From NCBI GenBank assembly GCA_965205025.1, contig CBDBFU010000032.1, forward strand, positions 192,001 to 256,000: 64,000 nucleotides of DNA, in the 5' to 3' direction. Below the pieces are notes generated by a model, which did no database searches, had not been told where the DNA came from, and saw nothing but the letters and a program-made list of their open reading frames with translations. This stretch comes from Candidatus Poribacteria bacterium (lineage in GTDB: Bacteria; Poribacteria; WGA-4E; WGA-3G). Of this stretch, positions 1 to 7,800 are shown piece by piece. Each line of letters opens with the position of its first letter. Within the stretch, counting starts at the first letter, position 1. The position numbers and the translations under genes are program-made.

Positions 1-1848
1 AGCAGCAGGGTTTGTAGAAGGGATTGTACCGTTGTTAACCAAATCATTCTTTTCAAAGTTAAATTCAGTTGTAACATTGAAGGTATTTTGCTGTCCAGGA
101 GTAGGGGCGCGGAAACCGGAACTATAACTACCCCGAAGTTTCATCGTCTCCGTTACACCGAAGTTTGTTGCGACCTTATAATTGAGTGTAGAACCAAAAT
201 CTTCAAAATCTTCACCGCGAACAGCAAGAGCAACAAGCCAGTTATCTATAGGTCTAACTTCACTCTCAACATAAGCAGCGACATTTGCTCGATCCCATGT
301 TCCAGCTGCGATAGGACTGAAACCTGAGAAACCATTAGAAGCAGCTGTGAAGCCTTGTGCAGCCAATGGTCCAATTTGATAGGACTCTCTTTGTCCTTCA
401 ACAACTTCAAATCCTTCATTACGATATTCTAATCCTGATGCGAGGAATATCATATCGTTTAATGGATATGTGACATCAAAGTTAAGGTTATAATCGGTTT
501 GGATGTAATCACCAGGATTAAATGAAGTTGGTGTATCTGGTCCGAGTGATGCATTCACAGTATTGAAGATAAAGAAATCTGCATCATTTCGACCAAAATA
601 TCCACTCAGATCCCAAGTTAATGGATTACCTAAGGATTCTTCAAAGGCAGTTCCTTTAATACCAATCAGCACTGAACTATCAACCATGTTTGCCCCGAAT
701 CTTGGTGTGAAGCCGCCGGGAAACATCTCTTGGAAAGTGAATAAATTTGGATCCCTGAATACTTCTTGAAGACCTGCTTCATCTGGGACATGATTAACAA
801 TGGGAACGTCATCTTCTGTTTGATCAACACCCTCTGCTAATCCAGATAAATTACCAACCAGTAATGTCTCTCCACTGTCTGTACTGAAGACACCACTCCG
901 AGTATTAGGATTACGGAAATAGAATCCACCTTCCACACGTTTGCTTGCGTAGTTTGCATGTCCGTAGAAATCAATTGTTTCAGTGATTTCACTGCCAAAG
1001 TTTCCAAAGAACTTGAAATCGTCTTCAACGATCGGTTGTCCCCAAATTTGTGCAGGATCTCTAACATTTAGATTTCCAGCATCCACCAAGGCTTGTGCAT
1101 CAAACCTTTGTATAGACCGTATCGTAGGATCAGCCCCACCATATTCAACACTGAGATTCGCCCAGGTTTCTGGTGTTCCTAATCCTATGTTTCCAGCAAG
1201 AGCAAACTGACGACCATCACCATATTGATAAATTCCGGGTTTAAATTCAACACTCCCACCTTGGTAATCATCTTTAAGTTGGAAGTTCATAACACCCGCA
1301 ATTGCATCTGAACCGTATTGAGCAGATGCACCATCACGTAACACTTCAACCTGCCGAAGAGCAATGGAAGGAATAGGTGCTAAATCTGGACCTTGTGCAC
1401 CATCAGCTAACCCATTACCTAACCAATGGATAACCGCAGCACGGTGACGACGTTTATTGTTAACTAACACAAGCGTATGATCTGGTGCTAACCCACGTAA
1501 ATTCGCAGGTCTTACAACAGTACCCGCATCACTGATAGGTTGTGTATTTACATTATAGGATGGTACAAGAGTTCTTAGTAGGTTCGGTAAATCTGCACCG
1601 CCCTGTTTTTGAAAATCCTCTTTGGATACAATATCAATTGGTACAGCAGATTCAAGGACAGAACGAGGTTTAGCGCGCGTACCAACGACAACTACACTTT
1701 CAAGTTCAGCAACATCTTCCTCAGATGCTGTTTCCATTGATTCCTCTTCTGCTTCTTGGGCAATTACGGTAGATGTATAAACTAATGAAACCGCAAAAGC
1801 AATAAAGAGTGTAAGTAAAATCGTCTTTATAATTCGTTTTCCTTTCAT
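1..1848 (-). CDS. TonB-dependent receptor (5' part; runs off the window's left edge)
   Basis: Not in the ORF track. Manual translation from ATG at 1848: MKGKRIIKTILLTLFIAFAVSLVYTSTVIAQEAEEE...ELESVVVVGTRAKPRSVLESAVPIDIV (signal peptide, TonB-box-like segment); plug motifs NLRGLAPDHTLVLVNNKRRH and VEVLRDGASAQYGSDAIAGVMN; AAGGAG upstream. Confidence 0.93.
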   Translation of the reverse strand, partial: MKGKRIIKTILLTLFIAFAVSLVYTSTVIAQEAEEESMETASEEDVAELESVVVVGTRAKPRSVLESAVPIDIVSKEDFQKQGGADLPNLLRTLVPSYNVNTQPISDAGTVVRPANLRGLAPDHTLVLVNNKRRHRAAVIHWLGNGLADGAQGPDLAPIPSIALRQVEVLRDGASAQYGSDAIAGVMNFQLKDDYQGGSVEFKPGIYQYGDGRQFALAGNIGLGTPETWANLSVEYGGADPTIRSIQRFDAQALVDAGNLNVRDPAQIWGQPIVEDDFKFFGNFGSEITETIDFYGHANYASKRVEGGFYFRNPNTRSGVFSTDSGETLLVGNLSGLAEGVDQTEDDVPIVNHVPDEAGLQEVFRDPNLFTFQEMFPGGFTPRFGANMVDSSVLIGIKGTAFEESLGNPLTWDLSGYFGRNDADFFIFNTVNASLGPDTPTSFNPGDYIQTDYNLNFDVTYPLNDMIFLASGLEYRNEGFEVVEGQRESYQIGPLAAQGFTAASNGFSGFSPIAAGTWDRANVAAYVESEVRPIDNWLVALAVRGEDFEDFGSTLNYKVATNFGVTETMKLRGSYSSGFRAPTPGQQNTFNVTTEFNFEKNDLVNNGTIPSTNPAA

Positions 1849-1997
1849 AGAAGAATTAGACTCCTTAGATAATTTCTTGAAAGTCGTTATAAGATTCACA
1901 ACTATAAACGATTCAAGTTTAACTATTTGTTGTATAAACATTACATTTATTTTAGACATAAAATAAGAATTTAAGTTTAATGAATTCTATGTTCAAT

Positions 1998-2039
1998 TAC
2001 AAAGGTAATTGATTCATATACAAAGGTAATTGATTCATA
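1998..2039. repeat. Perfect 21-bp tandem duplication (TACAAAGGTAATTGATTCATA x2)
   Basis: Read directly: 1998-2018 and 2019-2039 are identical; lies in the divergent intergenic region. Confidence 0.95.
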
Positions 2040-2196
2040 CTTTACCTATCCAAACGAGAGTATAGCATAGTTTCACTTGAAATCAAGCGAAAAAACTGAT
2101 ATTCTGAAGGGAAGATCCACTATACCACAAAATTGGCTTTTGTGTTAGGATTAATTCTTACACTATGTACTTACAGTTTTATTCCAGGAATCGATC

Positions 2197-4722
2197 ATGA
2201 CACTGCAGACTAATTCATTGGTGAAAAAATCTTGGATTAGCTCGTATATATCCATTGTCAACGTTTTTTGTATAATACTAATATCTAATGTTGTATACGC
2301 AAATGAAATACCACTTGTAATCTCAAACACCCCTCATGCAACAATTCAAATCGGTGCTAAAGCTTCTAATCAAGAACAATTTGCAGCCTCAGAGATACAA
2401 GCATTTATACAAAAGGTAACTGGAACCCGACTTAAAATACGAACCAACCAAGAAGCTACTGAAACTCCCACAGTAATTGTTCTGGGCACACCCACTACCA
2501 ATCCTACCATTCCATCTCTTCAATTAGATGGAGATTTTGCAATTTCCAATGAATTGGATGAGGAAGGATACCAGTTAAAATCTATTGACCTTGGTACAGA
2601 AGTTGTAATTATAATAGTTTCACCTTCATCCCGGGGGGTAATATATGGCACTTACGAATTTATTGAAGCATGTATAACTGCATTAACTGGTTTACAATCC
2701 GTTCATCCAGATTTACATGTTCACCCCGAGGATACACTGAGAATTCCATTTCTTGATGTAATTTCTCAACCATTTTTTCCAGTACGAGCAGTATTAGAAA
2801 TTGATGATCCAAACTGGCTTGCCAGACACCGTGTGAATATGAGTGGTGGTGAAGGAGTTTGGACAGGTACAGGAATAGAAGATGGGTTTGGTACAGCATT
2901 TAAATACGTAGATACACCTGAATTCTCAACGCTTCAAGACGAACCTCGCAACCAACGTCTACAACGAATAGAATCCCTGCAAAACCGATTTGATGAATTA
3001 CAAAAACGCGGTATTGACGCTTACCTATTTATGTATTTAACGGGTGAACCAACGGAAGCACTCATTGAAACCCGTCCAGACTTGTTGGGACCTGAAGTTC
3101 TATATGGTGCATCTCGTAATGAAGTATCGTATCGACCGTTCTGCTGGTCAAAACCAGAATTTCATACATTAGCACGGAAATTAACTAAAGAAATAATTAG
3201 AACCTACCCAAGTTTAGCAGGATTTCACTTGCGATCCTGGGGACATGAAACACGGGCATGTAATTGTCCAGAATGTGGAGATCGAACCCCACAAGGTCAA
3301 GCAAAACTATGGGATGTATACTTCACTATTATTAAGGCAGCACGAGAAGTAAATCCCAATTTTAAATTCTATTTAAGCGGCTATGACAGTAGTTGGTTGC
3401 AAGATCCTGATGGTAGGTATGCCAGACAATTACCAAAAGGTACGATTTTCTCACAGAAATGGGGGGCAGATGGTGAACCAGTCGTTGATCCTGATATCTC
3501 AATTAACCAAATGAATGCCCTCGGGGACATGGGACATCAGTACATTGTCTTATCTCACGATGTTGAGGAGGTAATGCCTTTTTGGATGCTTGAAAGTGAT
3601 CTGTTCGTACAAGGTGTTCGAAAACTTGCACACACACCTAATGTTAGCGGATTAAGCGGATTTACTATACAGGGGGCAACCCAAGGGTTAGGTTATCTTG
3701 ATCGTCTTGTCAGTGCTGGATTAAATTGGAATATACAACTTGATACACAACAATTATTACAGAATGAGTTAATTGCACGTTATGGGAATAAAGAATCAGC
3801 AGACCTTATCATGAGTGCATTACGTATTAACAGTTGGACATTAGCAAGTTATTTCTCGGATTATGCATACTCTCTTACAATAGGAGGCAGTTATGGCAGT
3901 GGTTCAGCAGGTTTAGCAACACGTTTTTGGAATTTAATCGGTCCAAAGGCAATTGAGAATACACTCTTAATTCCTGAATTAAAAATCGCACAAACCGCAG
4001 TAAACCGTTTCACAGCATTATTAGCACCACAGTTACGGGCTGCTAATGAAATGTCAATAGCTAATGAAATCGCTTCACCTGTAGATTTAGAAGCCGCACA
4101 GGATTTGATGGACTCAGTTCATTTAATGAGAATATGGGAATTATTATTCCAAAGTCGACAAAAACTGGTTGAAGCAATTGCACTTGGGTATGAAGTAAAT
4201 ACTGGAACTGCTATTAACGCGAAACTTTCAAGTGCTGGTGAGTTTTCAAAATCCATACAACCTTTGATTAAACAAATTAATGAGTTCGTTCCGTTGTTCG
4301 GTTATTCCCATCAGACGAATGAGTTTGAATTAGTGAAGATTCTACAAGAAGAAGTGGAATGGCTAAACATTTATGATTACCGAACCTTACAACAGCATGA
4401 TGAGAGTTTTTCCCCAGAACAAACTGAATTCCTTATCAGAGAAGTACATAATTATCCTAATCCTCTCAAAAGAGAAACTACTTTTACCTATATATTAAGT
4501 CTTGATGCGGATGAGGTACAGATTACGATTTATACAGCCTCAGGTCGACGAATTCAAGTATTAAAAGAAATATCGGGGAAAGAAGGATACAATGAAGAAG
4601 TATGGAACGCACAAGATGCAGAAGGTAACCAATTGGCAAATGGAGTTTATTTCTACAAAATTCGGGCTGTGCTTGATGACGAAATAGTCGAGAGTATTCA
4701 CAAGTTAGCAGTAATTAGATAG
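2197..4722 (+). CDS. Secreted glycoside-hydrolase-like protein (GH20/GH67-type N-terminal domain, barrel with CNCPEC) with C-terminal FlgD-Ig/T9SS-like domain
   Basis: Hydrophobic N-terminus; EQFAASEIQAFIQKVTG...EEGYQL...RGVIYGTYEF pattern of GH20/67/115 N-domains; C-terminal HNYPNP...IYTASGRRI...WNAQDAEGNQLANGVYFY. Confidence 0.7.
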   Translation: MTLQTNSLVKKSWISSYISIVNVFCIILISNVVYANEIPLVISNTPHATIQIGAKASNQEQFAASEIQAFIQKVTGTRLKIRTNQEATETPTVIVLGTPTTNPTIPSLQLDGDFAISNELDEEGYQLKSIDLGTEVVIIIVSPSSRGVIYGTYEFIEACITALTGLQSVHPDLHVHPEDTLRIPFLDVISQPFFPVRAVLEIDDPNWLARHRVNMSGGEGVWTGTGIEDGFGTAFKYVDTPEFSTLQDEPRNQRLQRIESLQNRFDELQKRGIDAYLFMYLTGEPTEALIETRPDLLGPEVLYGASRNEVSYRPFCWSKPEFHTLARKLTKEIIRTYPSLAGFHLRSWGHETRACNCPECGDRTPQGQAKLWDVYFTIIKAAREVNPNFKFYLSGYDSSWLQDPDGRYARQLPKGTIFSQKWGADGEPVVDPDISINQMNALGDMGHQYIVLSHDVEEVMPFWMLESDLFVQGVRKLAHTPNVSGLSGFTIQGATQGLGYLDRLVSAGLNWNIQLDTQQLLQNELIARYGNKESADLIMSALRINSWTLASYFSDYAYSLTIGGSYGSGSAGLATRFWNLIGPKAIENTLLIPELKIAQTAVNRFTALLAPQLRAANEMSIANEIASPVDLEAAQDLMDSVHLMRIWELLFQSRQKLVEAIALGYEVNTGTAINAKLSSAGEFSKSIQPLIKQINEFVPLFGYSHQTNEFELVKILQEEVEWLNIYDYRTLQQHDESFSPEQTEFLIREVHNYPNPLKRETTFTYILSLDADEVQITIYTASGRRIQVLKEISGKEGYNEEVWNAQDAEGNQLANGVYFYKIRAVLDDEIVESIHKLAVIR

Positions 4723-4725
4723 ATG

Positions 4726-5829
4726 CTATGAACTTGACTTTAACCCACTACCTGTCAAAATTGAGACTGTTAAATCCTCCTCACTGATAATTCCTTCATG
4801 CTTAAACTTATCATAAGCCTTAATTACAACAGCTGAAGTAGGTTCGACATATAATCCCTTTCCTGCGAGTATCTTCATTCCTTCTTCAATCTGGTCATCA
4901 TCAACTGTGGTAAAAGCACCGTTTGTGTAGTGAATAGCATCAATCAACATATGTGTTCGAATTGGAAGTTCAGATGTAATACCTTCTGCAAGTGTTGTAC
5001 CAGTTTGAGCTATTCTTGAAATCTTGGTAGATCTATTATGGTATGCATGATAAATCGGAGAGCAGACAGTAGGTTGTACACCGAGTAATTGAGGTACAGA
5101 TTGAATCTTACCCATCTGATATAGTTCACGATAACCAAGATATAATCCCAGATATATACTTCCAAAACCAACAGGACAGATAATATGTATTGGAACACGG
5201 TCATATAACTGTTCCGATATTTCGTATGCTAAGGTTTTCATCCCTTCCAAGAAAAAGGGATGCCAATTGTGAGAAGCATAAGGTATGGTTTCTGCTGCTT
5301 GTTTTACCGCCTCAGTTGTTGCCATCCGGTTCCCGGAGACCAGTTTCAATTCCGCACCATACGCTGATATCTGTCTCAATTTGCTTTTTGATGTTGATTC
5401 TGGACAGTAAATGGTACATTTTATACATGCCCTGGTACTATATGCTGCAATTGATGCCCCTGCATTTCCAGATGAATCTTCAACTACCTCTGTAACACCC
5501 AAGGATTTGAAATGTGTCAATAAGACGGATGCCCCTCTATCTTTATATGATCCAGTTGGACAGAGATAGTCTAATTTGACATAGTGATGAGGGTTATCCG
5601 ATGGTGTTAGTTCAACCAGCGGTGTCATTCCTTCAGCAAGCGTAACAAGATCAGAATCGTAAGAAATTGGTAAATGCCGTCTATACCGCCATAACGAATT
5701 TATGGATGTATCGTAATCAAACTGCTTGGAAGTGTCAGACATCAAGTTAAGTGGAGCACCACAATCACATTTATACCGGAGTGGGGACAATTGGTAGCTA
5801 TTTTGGCATTCGTGACATATATATCGCAT
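4726..5829 (-). CDS. thrC: Threonine synthase-like PLP-dependent enzyme
   Basis: N-terminal CxxC...CxC zinc ribbon, TLAEGMTPL, PTGSYKDRG (PLP lysine), DSSGNAG, VEPTSA, LTGSGLK. Confidence 0.75.
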   Translation of the reverse strand: MRYICHECQNSYQLSPLRYKCDCGAPLNLMSDTSKQFDYDTSINSLWRYRRHLPISYDSDLVTLAEGMTPLVELTPSDNPHHYVKLDYLCPTGSYKDRGASVLLTHFKSLGVTEVVEDSSGNAGASIAAYSTRACIKCTIYCPESTSKSKLRQISAYGAELKLVSGNRMATTEAVKQAAETIPYASHNWHPFFLEGMKTLAYEISEQLYDRVPIHIICPVGFGSIYLGLYLGYRELYQMGKIQSVPQLLGVQPTVCSPIYHAYHNRSTKISRIAQTGTTLAEGITSELPIRTHMLIDAIHYTNGAFTTVDDDQIEEGMKILAGKGLYVEPTSAVVIKAYDKFKHEGIISEEDLTVSILTGSGLKSSS

Positions 5830-5873
5830 AAAATGTATTTTGAATGCTGGTTTGATGTTGTCAAAAAATAGAA

Positions 5874-7700
5874 CTACTTAATGATAATCATGCGTCGGGT
5901 TTGCTGGAAGGACTTAGTTGTTAATTGATAAAAATATACACCGCTAACAACTCTTTCACCAAATGAATTATTCCCATCCCAATATGCTGCTTTCTCACGA
6001 CTTTGATAAAATCCTGCAGACTGCAACCCGAGTGAAAGTGTCCTAATCTCTCTTCCGGTTGTGTCATAAATCAATATTGATACAGGAGAATCCTCCGATA
6101 TATTATAGGGAATCCATGTTTCTGGATTGAAGGGGTTGGGATAATTCTGTAGTAACAGACTACGCTTTGGACTTCCAATTTCATCAAGATCGACTGTTAA
6201 CAAAGCATCTACCAAATTATCAGGTGTTACAACAAAACTGAACCTTTCAGATACTACATTTCCAGTTATGTCGCTAACCGATATTTCCAATGTATCATCA
6301 ACCTGGACAACACTTCGGAAGGAAAGGTCAGCAGAAGCAGCAGCGAAGTAATTATCACGAACTTGTGCTGTAATGACGGTATTTGTTCGCAAGTTACGGA
6401 CTGTAATTTTATAATCCTCATAGTTCTGCGTGCCTTTCAACTGTCCAGATACAACGAATGCCCACATCTCGCGTGGTATCGTGATTGGTGTTGCAGTGGG
6501 GGCTGCTCCAGTGTGCGTTTGATTTGTCCACCGTGTTCCAACGAAAGTAATCTCACGTTGCTTTGGTACATTGACAATATAACCCTGACCACCTTCAATT
6601 GGGAATCCTTCGTTGGGTGCGATCGGTGTCCACGCAATGAAACGTTGAGTTGCGGCATCAAGTGCTATCACCATTGTCGCACCTGCTATCTCTGCCAGAG
6701 ATTTGGCGGTCATGGGTTTCGCTGGTGCTAAAGGTAAAGATAGCATGTTTAAGCCTTTAGATAGGTGTATAGAGAAAACATTCTCCAAATCCTCTCCGAT
6801 GGGTTGCGTGGTAGGTCTGCCTACGAACCCCAATCTGCGACCATCTGTTGAGTCGTAATACCCGATAATACTCCCATCCTGATTAATATTTCGAACCACA
6901 GTATTAACACTACCTGGGAATCGCAATTCTTGTATTTCTTCCCCTGGTAGGATTATATAGGAACGTTGAATATCGTCTTTAGCTTGAGCTCTGAATACGA
7001 TGACACCGACATCGTTGATAGCGTTCACAAATATGAATTTGAGGTCCGGGGTATCTGGAATGTCTATAGTAATAAAACTCCCATCAGGGTTACGTATAAA
7101 TCCGTGTGGTATGCCATCAGTATCTACGTAACTACCCACGATAACACCCGATGCATTTACAAAGTCAGCGTATGTTTTAACAGCACCAGGAAATGTAATC
7201 GTCAAATCACCTGAAAAACCTCGCGTGACACCTGTTTCATCGACGATGTTACCACTGAGTGCCCCTGTTTTATCACTAATACCAAAGATGAAGGTTTCTA
7301 CTGCCCCAGGAAAATCGTATTGTGTGAGTTCTCCATTTTCCATGATGACACCGTGGTAAAGTTCATCTTTCCCTTTGTAGTGTCCTACAGCTTTTCCAAG
7401 GTTGTCTAATCCATAGAAATTGGTTTTCAGAGAGCCAGGGAAGTCATACGTTGTGAACACGCCATCTATCAGAGTGAAACCGATGACTTTCTCGTCATCA
7501 GGACTTAACGTGTTCCCCGCATAATCCCCATAATCGTTACTTGCAGCAACTTCCAGATAGTTGATACCAGGGACTTCAATCGTTTCAAAGGTGTAATCTG
7601 CAATCAGTGTTTCAGCACAAACTTGTGCTGTGCTGAAACACACAATACAGATAAGTAGAATTATAAACAGTAGAAGTTTCGTTTTTTTATGGTTAATCAT
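5874..7700 (-). CDS. Secreted beta-propeller repeat protein (one propeller) with C-terminal NYPNPFNPETWIPY domain
   Basis: Signal peptide; six repeats with YDFPG/IEVPG/LRFPG-type motifs; LSKGLNMLSLPL domain; LLQNYPNPFNPETWIPY...GVYFYQL. Confidence 0.8.
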   Translation of the reverse strand: MINHKKTKLLLFIILLICIVCFSTAQVCAETLIADYTFETIEVPGINYLEVAASNDYGDYAGNTLSPDDEKVIGFTLIDGVFTTYDFPGSLKTNFYGLDNLGKAVGHYKGKDELYHGVIMENGELTQYDFPGAVETFIFGISDKTGALSGNIVDETGVTRGFSGDLTITFPGAVKTYADFVNASGVIVGSYVDTDGIPHGFIRNPDGSFITIDIPDTPDLKFIFVNAINDVGVIVFRAQAKDDIQRSYIILPGEEIQELRFPGSVNTVVRNINQDGSIIGYYDSTDGRRLGFVGRPTTQPIGEDLENVFSIHLSKGLNMLSLPLAPAKPMTAKSLAEIAGATMVIALDAATQRFIAWTPIAPNEGFPIEGGQGYIVNVPKQREITFVGTRWTNQTHTGAAPTATPITIPREMWAFVVSGQLKGTQNYEDYKITVRNLRTNTVITAQVRDNYFAAASADLSFRSVVQVDDTLEISVSDITGNVVSERFSFVVTPDNLVDALLTVDLDEIGSPKRSLLLQNYPNPFNPETWIPYNISEDSPVSILIYDTTGREIRTLSLGLQSAGFYQSREKAAYWDGNNSFGERVVSGVYFYQLTTKSFQQTRRMIIIK

Positions 7701-7800
7701 AACTCTTCCTAATTACCGGCATTCTCATTTGTAAAAACCCGGATTGTCAGTTACAAACTCTTATTATAGATAGAGTAGAGCGTACCTATAGGGATGTTTC

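Noticed and set aside
88-1210. Short ORFs at 88, 563, 837 and 983
   Set aside because: They are shadows of the minus-strand TonB-dependent receptor frame covering 1-1848.
1998-2039. CRISPR array
   Set aside because: Only two abutting copies, no spacers and no cas genes in the window.
1849-2196. Cobalamin or TPP riboswitch for the TonB receptor
   Set aside because: No recognisable B12-box or TPP core and little GC-rich pairing potential.
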